Assembly: GCA_028534125.1 (NCBI GenBank)
Contig: CM052816.1
Span: forward strand, 28,088,001-28,152,000
Origin: Lama glama
Lineage: Eukaryota
Reading direction: 5' to 3'
DNA: 64,000 nucleotides
Shown here: positions 1 through 14,150 of the stretch, in pieces
How positions within the stretch are numbered: position 1 is the stretch's first letter
How the letters are laid out: each line of letters starts with the position of its first letter
Position numbers and translations under genes: made by a program
The notes under the pieces: generated by a model
The model's database searches: none
What the model was told of the DNA's origin: nothing
The model's input: only the letters and a program-made list of their open reading frames with translations

Positions 1-94
1 AAATTGCATTCCCTAGGACTCAAAACACTGAAACTGTCACACGGCCCTGAAGAGCTCCCAGCTTGGCCATGCTCCTCTGCAACACTTTCTCTAA
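1..94 (-). other. Candidate exon of the unidentified minus-strand transcript (runs off the window start)
   Basis: Minus-strand acceptor ccctatttcttgctag| followed by TTAGAGAAAGTG.... The phase-1 frame (V)RESVAEEHGQAGSSSGPCDSFSVLSPRECN is open to the window edge and is phase-compatible with the 3942-3983 candidate. No donor is visible. Confidence 0.25.
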
Positions 95-1060
95 CTAGCA
101 AGAAATAGGGCTTTGAGCCGAGATAATTTCATGGAGTAGCACAACAGTGGATGGTGACATCTATATACACAATGAAGAGGAAAATGAAGGGTCTAGAAAG
201 GATTAGAGAAAAGACACCATGGAGCCTGCAGATAGAACAACTGGAAGACAGAGCACAAAGAATAAAAGTTAATCCCACTGTCAACTTCAAGACACCAATA
301 TAGTAGTTAATGGGAAAGGAAGGTACACAACCCAGGTAATAACAGTCCCATTAGCTCTTTGCAAGGGCTTAAAACTCTGGCTTTTTTGTTTTTTTAACCT
401 AGTATTATGATCTCATCCTATCTAATTCCTATGTCTTCCTTAATGAAATCTAACAACGGGTATTTTACACTAGGGTTGCTGTCCTATACATACAGAGAAT
501 AATGTGAGATAATCTATAAGGTTTTTTTTTTCTTTAGGTTATATATGGAGAAGACAAGAGCAATTTAGTTATTAGGGAATCTTAAATGAAGAAAGACGAA
601 ACCCTGTAACCCTAAGCCAGATCACCAGAACTAACACTTTTTGTTCCCACTCACTCCTTCTTTATTCGTAAGATGCATCAATGAATTCTCTAAGATCATA
701 AACTCTACATTTATTATTTAAGCAGAGAAGCTTTGTAAGGAGAAGAAAAATGAGAGGCCAAAGGCAAAAGAAATACAAGTAAGAGTTCAGGTGATCAAAA
801 AGGAAGGTAAAAAATGCCTTCTTGCAGAACAGCAGTGTGGTGATAAAACGTCAGCGACACCTGAAAAGAGGCTGGTGCTAAATAATAAATGAACAAGACA
901 ACTGAGAAACAGAAGAGTTTGGAAAAAACAAAATACTCCATAAACATAATTTTTTTAAAAGACATCCACTTTAAATTTAAAACCTGGAAGCTTGGGAAAC
1001 CTAGACCATTGGTGGTAAAAGGTGATTTTCCTCCCAGTACATGGATTAAGATGTGCACCA

Positions 1061-1067
<7 letters not shown>

Positions 1068-1091
<24 letters not shown>
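1068..1091 (+). repeat. poly(A) mononucleotide tract
   Basis: Uninterrupted run of more than 20 A. Confidence 0.9.
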
Positions 1092-1092
<1 letters not shown>

Positions 1093-1889
1093 TTACAGTA
1101 ACTGTTAGGCAAGGATTTTAATAAAAAATGTAAACTATAATTTTAATAACAAACAAAAACCAGAAACAATGTTTCTTTTAAACAGGCAAGAGAACCTTAA
1201 TGAAATGACAACAAGCAGAGAAAAAGCCACGCCTGAAATAAAGTAGACCGCAATCACCTGTTTACACAGCAGCCTCAACGAGGTTTCCATCTAGTGGGTA
1301 AGTGACAATTATGAAATGCTAATGAAACGGCAAAAGTGTAAGGGAGGAGTTCCAAACTGGTGTTTGGGAGAAATGAAGCAAAGCATTTTATACAGAAGAA
1401 AAAGGAAGCAAACGAAAATTAATGTGAATAAACAATACATTACTTTAATGTATCAAATACAGAAATCTATAAAGGTAAATAAGACAGAAAAGCACACATG
1501 TAAAATTGACCAAAGATAAAGACAGCACCTCAGAATAAGTAGCAGTCTTATTATTATTATTTTTTAGTGCTGTCTTTGAACAGGACACACTTGAGGGTTA
1601 ATATATGTTACCCAATTTGACAAAAACTTCTACGATTAATGAATAAATTTATGTACAAAACTGTAAAATAAAAATGAAAGAACTCTGAAATAATATGATT
1701 TAACACTGAATAAAATGACTTAAACATTTGACATTGTATTTTTCAGTCAATGGGGAAAAGATAATATTCTGACATACATAATCAGATTTGGTGAATTTTT
1801 AATAATATAAAATAAAATCCTGGCTATGTGTACTCACTTACAAAGGTGGACTGTGTGTCCAAATCAAAACTCTTTTTAAAAAATGTTTA

Positions 1890-2630
1890 ATAGATTTGAT
1901 TTTTAGTTTAAGGTTAACAGCAAATTAAATAGAAGGTACAGTGATTTCTCAAAAACTCTCTACCCCACACATGCAGAGCCTCAACCATTATCACCAAACA
2001 TACCCCTCAGAGTGGTGCATGTCTGATGACCCTATATTGACATATCATTATCACCAAAGTCCATTGATAACATTAGAGTTCACTTGTGATGCTGTATGGA
2101 CAATCTATGGGTTTGGGCAAATACATAATGACATGTATTCATCATGTTAAGTACCATATGGAACAGTTTCACTGTCCTGAAAATCCTCTGTTCTCTGCCC
2201 ATTCATCTCCTCTCCCTCTAACCCCTGGCAATTATTGATCTTCTTGTCTCCATAATGTTGCCTATTCCAGAATAGCATATAGTTGGAATTAAACAGGATG
2301 CGGCCTTATTAGATTGGTTTTCTCACTTAGTAATATACATTTAAGTTTCTTCTATGTCTTTTCATAATTTAATAGCTCATTTCTTTTTAGTGCTGAATAA
2401 CACTTCATTTTCCTGATGCACTACAGTTTATTTATCTATTCACCTACCAAAGGCCATCTTGGTTGCTTCCCAGTTCAGGCAAATATGAAGAAAGCTGCTA
2501 TAAACAGCCATGTGCAAGTTTCTATATGGATGTAGATTTTCAACTCTTTAAAGTAAATACTATAGAGTGTGATTTGTGGTAAGAGCATGTTTAGTTTTGT
2601 AAGATATCACTAAACTGTCCCCCAAAGTGA
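1890..2630 (-). mobile_element. Old LINE-1 3' end (L1MB/L1MA10-like)
   Basis: Antisense L1 3'UTR/ORF2-end motifs: 'aacccctggcaattattgatc', 'tctcacttagtaatatacatttaag', 'ggccatcttggttgcttccc', 'gctgctataaaca', 'catgtttagttttgtaaga'. Confidence 0.8.
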
Positions 2631-3589
2631 GAACTCTTTTTTAAAAAAATAATTTAAGAACACCTCAAAGATCTCCAAGTTTCATTAAGAACAAATGCTA
2701 GCAATTAATATAAAAACCTCTAATAATATGTCACATATATTTCATTTTACAATTCTATTTATGAAGAAGACTAATCATGGAGATCAAAAAGTAATATGGC
2801 CTTTCCCCAGAGAATAAACTATTTCAGAAAGTGGTAGAATATTTCATTTCACTCAGGCAGAGTTCTGAAATTTAGAATTTTACCTTTCTTTTTTAAAACT
2901 CATAGATCTGTAACTCAAAACGACTTTTTCAAGGAATATAAAGAAGCTACATCTCTATAAATGATGTGAAATGGACAAATGAATTTCGCAAATTATTGGG
3001 AACAAGTATTATGTAGACACAACAAGAAGTTACAGTTTGGCTCATAACTTGGTTTATGGACTAAGAATCTGTAACTTGTTGAAAAGGTTTGACAGAAATC
3101 ATGAACTGATCGGTTTCATGTATTTCATTACTGATGTGTGTGATATATCTTGGCAAGAGAGCAGACTAAGTGTGCCTAAGTAGATTCCCCTTCGCCTGCC
3201 TGACAAACTCATTTTCATCCTAAAAGATAACTCATTTGTGACCTCGTCTGTGAAGACTTCTGAGATCTTTGCATGCTTGTTCCTCTGTGCCCCTTGAGAG
3301 TCTCTTTGCCCAAAGAAATCTTTTTGAAAAGCCTGTGCAATGAATAGAGAAGAAAGTGAACAGTGCATTTTGCTAGGTTATGATCTGATAAAGAAATCAT
3401 CAAGAGTCCAGAAAGTATCAACTGCTTTGCTGGTTTTCTGATTGCAAAGAATCTTAACTTTATGAACAAGCAGTTACTGAGAGTGACTCCTTATGATCTA
3501 GACATCAAACTGATTGTTCCTATTTATATCCTTTAAATTCTTTAGTACCAGTTTAAATACATCATCCGTTATAAAACACATTCTCTATT

Positions 3590-3815
3590 TTCTCCACTGC
3601 TTTATGACACTCCCTGTATGGTTTTTAACCATCTATCTCCTTCACTGAATACTTTAAAACTTTCCCCATTCTCCCTTCTTTTCCAATTAAATGTTGATCT
3701 CCTAGAAGGCACTGGCTGTCTCTTTAAACAAGAGTCCTATTTGCCCACAGGTTAAGCCCAATGCTTTACCCAGAACTCAGTAATTGTCACTTGTTATTCA
3801 TCTAAATAAATTGAT
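3590..3815 (+). mobile_element. L2 3'-end relic
   Basis: Degenerate L2-like terminus 'aatgttgatctcctagaaggcactggctgtctc...ccagaactcagtaatt'. Confidence 0.35.
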
Positions 3816-3941
3816 TATACACTTGGTGTTCAGAAAAATCAAAGAACACCATCTGGAAAGAAAACATTTGTGCAATAAGTCATATAACTCTTTTAAGTGT
3901 GTATATGTATATATGAAAATATGTTAAAAGTGCTTTCTTAC

Positions 3942-3983
3942 CATTTTCTTTGGCTACTTTAATGAATGTAGAAATGTTTTTCT
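3942..3983 (-). CDS. Candidate 42-nt internal exon
   Basis: ccttatctcatatccaacttcactag|AGAAAAACATTTCTACATTCATTAAAGTAGCCAAAGAAAATG|gtaagaa. Open and symmetric in phase 1 ((E)KNISTFIKVAKEN); phase 0 gives RKTFLHSLK*. Confidence 0.35.
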
Positions 3984-4849
3984 CTAGTGAAGTTGGATAT
4001 GAGATAAGGTTAACTGGGAGATGTGTCTGTTTCTGGTGGGAGTTATTTCCTATCAGTGTTCCTGACTATATCTGTGGTAAGAAACAGTTTGAGTATTGTC
4101 TTAACTGAAAACGTGGGGTCAAAAATCTACCTCTACCTCCTGTGGATCAACTTCACTAAGTCCTGTGATGTTGGGACTGCTCAGCCTTGGGAATTTACTG
4201 TGCAACATGAAAAACATCACAGTCTTTAAGATGCTCGCTGTACATCACATTTTGCAGTTAAAAAACAACAGACTCTTGTTAGATTCAAGTATATAGGTGA
4301 CCCTTAAATTTAAACCCACATTGTGGAGATTTTAGCCTAGTAAATGATTTCATTTTCTACACAAGATAATACACTTGCCAGCTGATTTATTTTAAATGAA
4401 ACAAAACTAGGATGAGTGAGCGATATGATACCAAAGAAGCTGATGCACGTAGACTGCTATTCTCCAAAAACAGAACAGAAAGGCTGGCATCTGTAAACAC
4501 TTAAAAAAAAAAAAGCTGACAAAGTCAGACACAGGCAAAAGAAAAGTCAGGCATGGAAGAAGAAAAGATTGTTTTATCACTTGGCAGAGACACAGAAGAT
4601 CAGAACTGGAAGGATTCTTAGAAAGAATGCAGAACTAGCCCTTCATCTATGGATAAAAATGCTGAGGACAATGAAAATTAAGAATTTCCTCAGGGGTATA
4701 TGGGTAGAAATGAAATGGCAAGAATTCAACACCTTGAAATCAGTATCCAATCATTATAGTGCCTATCTCAGGTATTAGCAAAGTGCAGGCCTCCAAACAA
4801 TTTCACTCTCTTTTTCTTTCCTTTATCTTTTCACTGCTATAAAAGGTAT

Positions 4850-5110
4850 TATAACACACTGAGTAAGAATGTGATTTCACAAGCCAGACTTCCTGGGTCC
4901 ATAACCAGTATTCTGTCACCTAGTAGCTGGGTTACCTGGGGCAAATTGCAGAACTTCTCTGTGCCTTGGATTCCTCATGTATAAATAAGGACTGTGGCAT
5001 AACTTTTATTACAGCATTACATGAAAAATTAAATAAATTGTTACACACAAAAATTCTTAGAAGACTACCTAGTAGATAAGACATGCTAATGAAAGTTGCC
5101 TATTAATATT
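4850..5110 (+). mobile_element. MIR SINE
   Basis: MIR core 'ccagacttcctgggtcc...ctagtagctgggttacctggggcaaattgcagaacttctctgtgccttggattcctcatgtataaa'. Confidence 0.8.
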
Positions 5111-5243
5111 ATAATAATTATTACTATGATTGTGATGATGTATTACTTCTTGGCATTCGCCTATTGTAAAATATTCAGTGCCTTTTTTGCTGAGATAAAT
5201 CACACTGAGATAAATATTACAAATATTAAAAGTATTTATCTGC

Positions 5244-8076
5244 CACTAGAAATGAAATCGAATTAGCAATAAAAAAACCTCTATACAAATAAAAGTCCAG
5301 GACCGGATGGCTTCACTGGGGAATTCTACCAAACATAAAAAGAAGAACTCATACCAGTCCTTCTCAAACTCTTCCAGAAGATTGAAAAGGAGGGAATACT
5401 CCCAAACTCATTCTATGAAGCCACCATCACCCTGACACCAAAACAAGGCAAAGACACCACCAAAAAAGAGAATTACAGACCAATATCACTGATGAACATA
5501 GATGCCAAAATCCTCACCAAAATATCAGCAAATCGAATCGAACAGCACATAAAAAAGATTATACATCATGATCAAGTGGGGTTCATCCCAGGGACACAAG
5601 GGTGTTTCAACATACGCAAATCAATCAAAGTACTACATCACATCAACAAGAGAAAGGACAAAAACCACAAGGTCATTTCAATAGATGCAGAAAAAGCATT
5701 TGATAAAATTCAACACCCATTTATGATAAAAACTCTCACCAAAGTGGGTACAGAGGGAACGTATCCCAACATCATAAAAGCTATATATGACAAACTACAG
5801 CCAGCATAGTACTCAATGGTGAAAAACTCAAAAGCTTCCCACTAAAATCTGGGACAAGACAAAGACAAGGCTGCCCACTATCACCACTCCTATTCAACAT
5901 AGTCTTGGAAGTCGTAGCCCAGCAATCAGGCAAGAGGGAGAAATAAAAGGGATCCAAAGTGGAAAAGAAGAGGTAAAAGTGTCACTATATGCCAACAACA
6001 TGTTACCATATATAGAAAACCCTAAAAGGTCCACACAAAAACTACTAGAGCTGATCGAAGAATTCAGCAAGGTACCAGGCTACAAGATTAACGTTCAACA
6101 ATCAGTTGCATTTCTTTACACTAACAATGAATCAGCAGAAAAAGAAAGTAAAGAAACAATCCCCCTTTAAAATAGCACCCAAAGTAATAAAATACCTAGG
6201 AATAAATCTAACCAAGGAGGTGAAAGACTTATACACAGAAAACTATAAACCATTGATGAAGGAAATTAAAGAAGGCTTAAAAAAATGGAAAGATATCCCA
6301 TGCTCCTGGATTGGAAGAAACAATATTGTTAAAATGGTCACACTGCCCAAGGCAATCTTCAGATTTAATGCAATCCCTATCAAATTACCCAGGGCATCTT
6401 TCACAGAACTAGAACAAATCATAATAAAATTTATATGGAACCACAAAAGACCTAGAATTGCCAAAGCATTACTGAAGAGAAAGAAAGAGGCTGGAGGAAT
6501 AACTCCCCCAGGCTTCAGACAAAACTATAGAGCTACAGTAAACAAGACAACATGGTATTGGTACAAAAACAGACATATGGACCAATGGAACAGAACAGAG
6601 AGCCCAGAAATGAACCCACAAACTTCTGGTCAGCTAATCTTCGACAAAGGAGGCAAGAATATACAATGGAATAAAGACAGTCTCTTCAGCAAATGGTGTT
6701 GGGAAAACTGGACAGCAGCATGTAAATCAATGAAGTTAGAACACTCCCTTTCACCATACACAAAAATAAACTCAAAATGGATCTAAGACTTAAACATAAG
6801 ACAAGATAGAATAAACCTCCTAGAAGAAAATATAGGCAAAACATTATCTCACATACATTTCAAAAATGTTCTCCTAGGGCAGTCTACCCAAGCAATAGAA
6901 ATAAAAGCGATAATAAATAAATGGGACCTTATTAAACTTACAAGCTTTTGCACAACAAAGGAAACCATAAAGAAAACAAAAAGACAACCTACAGAATGGG
7001 AGAAAATTTTTGCAAACGATGAAACTGACAAGGGCTTGATCTCTGGAATAAATAAGCAGCTCATAAAATTTAATCAGAAAAAAACAAACAACCTAATCCA
7101 AAAATGGGCAGAAGACCTAAACAAAAAATTCTCCAAGGAAAAAATACAAATGATCAATAGGCACATGAAAAAATGCTCAATATCACAAATTATCAGGGAA
7201 GTGCAAATCAAAACTACGATGAGGTATCACCTCACACCAGTCATATTGGCCATCATTCAAAAGTCCACAAATGACAAATGTTGGAGAGGCTGTGGAGAAA
7301 GGGGAACCCTCCTACACTGCTGGTGGGAATGCAGTTTGGTGCAGCCACTGTGGAAAACAGTATGGAGAGTCCTCAAAAGACTAGGAATAGACTTACCACA
7401 GGACCAAGTCATCCCACTCCTGGGCATCTATCCAGAAGGAACCTTACTTCAAAAAGACACCTGCACCCCAGTGTTCATAGCAGCACTATTTACAATAGCC
7501 AAGACATGGAAACAGCCTAAATGTCCATAAACAGATGCCTGGATAAAGAAGAAGTGGTATATTTATACAATGGAATACTACTCAGCCATAAAAACGACAA
7601 CATAACGCCATTTGTAGCAACATGGATGTCCCTGGAGAAAGTCATTTTAAGTGATAAAAGCCAGAAAGAGAAAGAAAAATACCATATGAGATCCCTCATA
7701 TGTGGAATGTAAAAAAAATAATCAACATAAATACAAAACAGAAACAGACTCATAGACATAGAATACAAACTTGTGGTTGCCAAGGGGGTGGGGGGTGGGA
7801 AGGGACAGACTAGGAATTCAAAATTTGTAGATACTGGAAGGCATAGGCAGAATAGACAAACAAGATTATACTGTACAGCACAGGGAAATATATACAAGAT
7901 CTTGTGGTAGCTCACAGTGAAAAACAATGTGACAATGAATATACATACGTATTTTCATGTATAAGTGAAAAATTGTGCTCTACACTGGAAATTGACACAA
8001 AATTGTACAAATGACTATAACTCAATAAACAAAGTTAAAAAATAAATTAAAAAAAATTGTTAAAATGAAAAAAAAA
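5244..8076 (+). mobile_element. 5'-truncated LINE-1 (young, camelid-type 3'UTR) with frameshifted ORF2 (RT and C-terminal CCHC region), 3'UTR and A-rich tail
   Basis: ORF-track peptides MNIDAKIL...[10 protein letters not shown]..., [15 protein letters not shown]..., [18 protein letters not shown] are L1 ORF2. The RT YADD motif has decayed to YANN. G-rich 3'UTR box at about 7784-7804, AATAAA at about 8024, then an A-rich tail. Confidence 0.97.
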
Positions 8077-8984
8077 ATTTTTTCTGTCCCCTCTTATCAA
8101 CATGTAACACAAACGTAACCTAAGCTGTCAAACTAATAAAAGCCTGAAGATGTTTAAATACATTAATTCATCTAACAGTTACAGTTGCTAATAGCTTACT
8201 ATATTTCACTTGCCAGATACAAGTTTTATTTTAAGAGTAGTTCTTTTAATTATTTAAATTGTAAGAGAACTGTGTAGAGAACTACAGGATGCTATATAGG
8301 ATCAATAGGGTCTATGTGTATGTTAAGGTCTTGCCCGTGTGACAGGTTGCTTTTCATCTGAAAGAAAAACTAACCATTACAAGGAGAGAATAATCAATTT
8401 TAACTGAAGATTCTAACACGGGACTTCTCCCCTAATATACCAACATGTGACCAGTCTCAAAGTTATAGAAATCCTATTCAATATGATCAACCAATAGTTC
8501 TATATAACAAAAATAATTTTTAATTGGGAACACAAAATTGACTCAAAGTGTTTGTGCATATTTTGTATATTTTAATGTGTGAGTGTATGTGTGTGTATAA
8601 TCAAACACACAAGTATCATTATATAAATAAACACAGAAAATATTTTTTTCTTCATTTAATGTGTAAAACTGAAACTACTGGACCTAATTCATTCTGGGGA
8701 CTTCACTTTAAAACATACTTATTTTTCCAGGTACAATAATGTGAAAGTTAATAATGTTTATATTTTAATAGATCTTTCATTGAAATTGTTTTCAGAAACA
8801 TTCTCTTATTTTCTCTAAAAGCAGTATGGAAAATATGTTATAAAATAATGAAAATCTAGCCTGCATTTCTAATAATTTCAGAGAGTTACTTGATTTTTTT
8901 CTTATATATCATTAAAAACCTTGTCCTTATGTCCAAATTGAAAAGCAAAATAAATGGAAGTCCTTACTGCTTTTAAGTACTTAC

Positions 8985-9019
8985 CATCTGTGACCAATGT
9001 GGTTTTTGTATGCAAAGTA
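8985..9019 (-). CDS. Candidate 35-nt internal exon
   Basis: tctcctcttgctctcgcttag|TACTTTGCATACAAAAACCACATTGGTCACAGATG|gtaagtac: strong polypyrimidine acceptor and consensus donor. Open in all three frames (YFAYKNHIGHR / LCIQKPHWSQM / TLHTKTTLVTD). Confidence 0.5.
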
Positions 9020-9819
9020 CTAAGCGAGAGCAAGAGGAGAGGACTTTTGAAATATTAACTTTAAAAACTACACCAAATAATTTAAGTGATAAATCCCAAG
9101 TTATATTAAAGTGACAGGACTGAGAATTTCTATTTATAACCTATCCGTATATATTAACAAATCTCTGAATAAGACTGTATTCTTTGGGGTGGGAGTAGGG
9201 AGAGAGAAGATGAGCTCAGATATTAGAAGCTGAGAGACTGAAACAAATGATGGCACAGTCTATTTAATCACAATCTAGAGGAAAGGGAATTTTAGACAAT
9301 GGACAGTGATTATTTCAATATCATTGGCAAAATGATTACACTTAAACTAGGAGCTATTTAAATGTATAGTCAAAAAACACCCATATTTTCAAATACAGTT
9401 TTCACCAAGCTTGGAACTTAATTCCATCTGACTACCCACAATCAGATATGTTAGGCAAAGACTGGTATCCCAAGCTCTGTAACAGTTAGTTTCCACTGTA
9501 TATCCTAAAGTGTCATTTGCTTTTCGTTATAACTCTTGACAAGTTGGTTAATGTGACCAGACCCCTGGGAAAATGCTCTGCTCTCAGTGTGCAGACCTAC
9601 ATGTGCTTTGAGCCAGGACCAAAATTATGGCACTTTCACTAAGGTGGTACCACAGATGGGTCTTGTGGGACCATCAGCTGTTCCTCCCCAGGAGACTCAA
9701 GATAGCCCCATGGACTGAGTGCTTGTTGCTAACTGTTTTTTTTGAAACGCTGTATTACATAACAACTATGTATGATGAACACAAAGTATGGAAAGCTAGC
9801 AGCAAAATATCAACAGTAA

Positions 9820-10090
9820 CAATAGTAATAATAAATAATCACCAGTTGAACATTTACTAAGGCTTTATAGGGATTATCTCATTTCATTCTCAGGATGTTC
9901 TCATGAGAAGAGTATTATTATTATTGTTGTTGTTGTTATTATTATCATCATCATCATCATCCTCATTTTTTATGAGGACACTGAAACCAAAGAGATATAA
10001 ACTAATTTGCCAAAGTCAAACAGCTAAATGGAAGTGGTCAGAAGTAAAACTAGATGGTCTGACTCGAGGGATATACTCTAAGCCACCATG
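9820..10090 (-). mobile_element. MIR SINE (antisense) containing a compound (TTA/TTG/TCA)n microsatellite
   Basis: 'aacatttactaaggct...attatctcatttcattctca...cctcattttttatgaggacactgaaaccaaagagatataaactaatttgccaaagtcaaacagcta'; trinucleotide run at about 9912-9962. Confidence 0.8.
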
Positions 10091-13000
10091 CAATGGAGAT
10101 TTATTTTGTTTGCTAGGAAGGAAGACTCATTTAAGATAATGGCTCACCCATCTTATTCAGTACCTGAGACAGTACTTTGAATCTGGAAGCACGAAAAAAT
10201 GTGTTGGATTGAGTTGAAAAGCCTTCAAGATCATTAGGACTATGAACTCAGAAGTCAGCAAGCTGACCAAAGAGACAACACTTTAAGTAAAAAACAGGTT
10301 TCAATAAGATTCTTATCTTCTTCAATATAACCAAAAAGTTAGGATGCTAAGTCCTGGATGTTTAATAAACTCCTTCTAATAGCTGTAATATTTTCTCTAT
10401 TTCTCTTCTACAGAGTAAGCAGTAACTGTATCATTGTATCACTGTATTATAATCACTTGAAAAAAGGATTTTGAATGGCCTTTAATACTTGTAAATCTCA
10501 TTAATGTGCCCCTTTATTTTTAATTTTGTCTTTCCATAATCTAATAGACTATATTAGATAATCTAAGTATAAACTATTCACTATATTATCAAAGGAAAGA
10601 ATATAAACCTTTATTAACAGATAATGTGGTGGTGGTTTTTTAAACAAGACATGGTTGAGACTGACAGTCCTGTATGGTAATTATTTCACAAAGAAAGAAC
10701 ACAGATTATGTATTTCAAAAGTTAATCAATTATTTTTAGTAGATGCTTCCTAGTACTAAAATATCAATATTTAATATTAATTTTGCTGGCACTGATATTA
10801 CTGTAGTGTGTACCTTGCATACAATTTATCAGCCAGGTGCAACAAGGATGAGCAGCTTTGACAGGCATTTCCTGGGAGCTTAACTGAGGAAGACGTATGG
10901 CTGTAACAATCTTCATTTTTTTTTTCCAGATTGAAATTATGCCTGGCTAAACCATATGGCATAGAATTTTATAACCTTTATAATAATTTCATCTGTTCAT
11001 TTGAGCAGAGTCTAAGCAGTTACTTGAGGGGAATACTGACCCTATCCTTTTCACCTCTGTGTATGGTCTTCAGCACAAGGTTTTGTTAGTCTATGGGATC
11101 ATCAATCTCAACTCCAGTCAATAGTCTCTTGACGGGTGTGCGTGTTTATTCAGCAGAAGAGCTGCTGTTCACTCACCAGTCACTCCATCTTATTTAAGGC
11201 TCGGTTTGAGAGAAATCACCTGGAAAGTGAAAGGCTTGAAGTGTTTCATTTTTTACTTATTCAGATCAGCACCAGAGCAAGACCAGCATTCTCTCAGCCA
11301 CCTCCACCTGAAGCATTACTTATACTAAATTCGTTTGATATTATTTGGCTAGCTCATGCTGAAAGTCAGAATGAGAAATGGTCCCATGAAATCAGTACTT
11401 AAATATACTACATGGATGGGGGGGACAAACGTAATTTCTTTATGTTGTCGTCCCTTCCCTGTGGTCCCCTCTCCAAACCTATAGAAAAACTTCAAGACTT
11501 GGAGTGTTCTGGGGAGGGGAGGCAGGAAGTAAGGGTCCTCTGTGCTCTGCCCTCTGGTGGGGGTGGTCCTGACAGAGAGAACGTGGGGAGGGGAAGCCAG
11601 TAACTCCACCTGCAGAGGATGTGACACTGGCTGGGATGCCTGGGGAGGAGGTGCCCAAAGTCGGCTCTCCTCTGGGACCCACTTGGGGGCAGCATCCTGG
11701 GTGGGTGCCCAGGTCACGGCCAGGGACAGGGCACGCCCTTCCCCTCTCAGGCTGCTTACTGCAAGGCCCCATGCCCCACAACTTTCATCTCATTTCCTTA
11801 CTTTCATGTTAACACATTTTGTTTACATAGACCAGCAAGATAAATTCCCTATGTACTCAACACAACAATAAGAATTCATTGATAGACACAATCGCTTTGT
11901 GTCTATCTTTCAGACACTCTGGATTATATCCCTGGACAAGTTTCTCCTTTTTTGACTGCCTCTAAGAATGTGAGAGCCTAATTCTTGGCTCACACATCAA
12001 AGCATATGGGTCATTATGGCATGATCGTTAAGCATTACTCTGGACTTTATTACAAACTGCCTTCAAGTTTTTAAATTACTCCCTTAATTTTAGCACTCTT
12101 GTATGTTACGTACTCTTTTAAAGTGACATTTTCCCTGAATAGGTACATATGATATAAATAAAGTCAAATGATCATATTTACAACCTGTCAGATCATTTGC
12201 CCACAAAGTTCTCATCAATCCCCAAGCTCAACTGAGAGAGAAGGGTAGAGAAGGAAGAAGAGTCTATTATTTGCAGTCAGAAAGGTATATTCCTGAGACA
12301 TTATACCCAGGCTGAAAACTTCCCTGACTGCAGAGAACACTGAAATAGAAGCAAAGCTCATCATGGTCTGTCTAGTTACCAGTACTCCTCAGTATTCACA
12401 TGCAGGCCAGATGAAATAATGACCCAGTATTCAGATCACCTTTGCGTTTGTAATTACACACTTTCTCGTGGTACTTGAATGAGTGTTGATATTGTCACAA
12501 CTAATAACCATGAATAAAAACCAAATACTCAAAATGGATCTGCTATTTTTTAATTTGTGGTTATGGGGATGGGGAGTGAGTCACAAGAAAAGATACCTAC
12601 AAGGGCCAGCAAGGTGATGAAATAAGTGAACTTTGGCAGAGTTTGTGGTTAAATGGAAAGAGTGCAGGTTGGAATTTATCTTAGAATGATCGATACCATC
12701 TGGAAATAAGAACCCTAACACGGCTGATTATCCTGCCAGAAATGTGTCAATTTTCAGAAGACGTCAAATGATTTCAAAAGTATTTTAAAAATTAAAAGTG
12801 CTACGCAGGCCAAGGAAACAGCCTGCCAGTCTATGAATTTTAGTTTAAAATGTATATAAATACTCCAAAGACAGCTTGTGTTTTTTAAATAAAACCCAGA
12901 ACATTTTCAAAATAGCTCTTGGATTTAGATTGCACAGCAAATCATGAAGAGCTTAAAATATTTGTATTTGTGTAGCCATATATATATTCAATAATTCATT

Positions 13001-14150
13001 AGGTTACACAAATCTATGTGATTTTGGAGGAAAGAATGAAAATCAACTACTCTGAAGAATACTAAAAACTTACGATGTAATTATGATGATGTAAGAGTAC
13101 ATGTTAAAAAAGATATTTAACCTAATTTGGCAATATTCTAAACACAGCTTAGGGATCTCAGATGATGATTATAAAGTAAATATTGAGCTTGACTGAAGCT
13201 TGTATGTTTAATTCAATCAAAGCAGAAAAATAATTAGGAATTGGGGATAATGGATATTGTTTATGGTGTCCTTCGGGGGCATATGTCACTAAACTTCACA
13301 TGACTGGGATATCTATCCCCAACCAACCAGATGAGTGTATACAGATTCCACTTTACCACATTAGCTCTGTCCAAAATAAAATCATATGCTGATTGTATTC
13401 AATTTTTCTCATCTCCTGATCTTGCTATGTCATGTGACAGTAGACAAGTCAGCTTACATTTGGAGGTTATTTATTAAGAAACACAAATGCTGTGAAAATG
13501 GAGCTTCATTATCATTACCGTTTAATTCATTTATTTATTTTTTAACTCCACATTGTTTTAAGAATTATTCTCAAAAATACATAAACAACACAGCCTAAGA
13601 TACACTTAAAAGAAAACTGATTTAAAGTAACAAAAATGTTTAAAAGGTAATGTAGATCTAGATGTGTAATAAGCACATGCGCACGCACACACACACACGA
13701 AAATAGTTGGAAAAACAGCAAATGAATAAACACACACAATATTCAGACGTCACAACTCCTCTTCCCAGAGGCTGGTCACATATTTGGCCCTAAACTTGCT
13801 AGCAGCCAAGGCCAATAGTGAAATATGATTAATTATAGGAGAGTCTCTAAAGAAAGAAGAAATTAATGTCTCTGATTTCATTTTTGATGTTCTGAAAAGA
13901 GAGAGACCTTTGCTACAACTCCTCAAAGGATTAATGCTATGTAATATATCTCCCTTATACTAAGTACAGGGATGAGCTGCATAGTGTCTTATAACATCTG
14001 TCACTATAGTCCAAAGGTACCTACCACATTAAAGTATAAAACATCAAGTAATCAATATCGTGGAGTATATACAACATAGTAAGATAACATCAGTTACATA
14101 TTCCTAATGACATAGGCTTACTTTGAGTGAAGGTCATAGTGTATGTAGAG

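Noticed and set aside
5492..7712. Longest ORFs in the track (105, 226, 164 aa) as a host gene or active reverse transcriptase
   Set aside because: They are frameshifted pieces of L1 ORF2 in a 5'-truncated copy, with the catalytic YADD decayed to YANN.
7517..7927. 136-aa hydrophobic minus-strand ORF (and similar ORFs at 35358, 40597, 40937, 63625)
   Set aside because: Antisense readings of L1 sequence.
5228..8090. TSD for the L1 at 5244-8076 (aaaagtatttatctgc vs aaaaatttttttctgt)
   Set aside because: The match is too degenerate and AT-rich to call.
11349..11871. Cluster of overlapping ORFs
   Set aside because: Explained by local GC richness (few stop codons); no recognisable protein or coherent splice sites.
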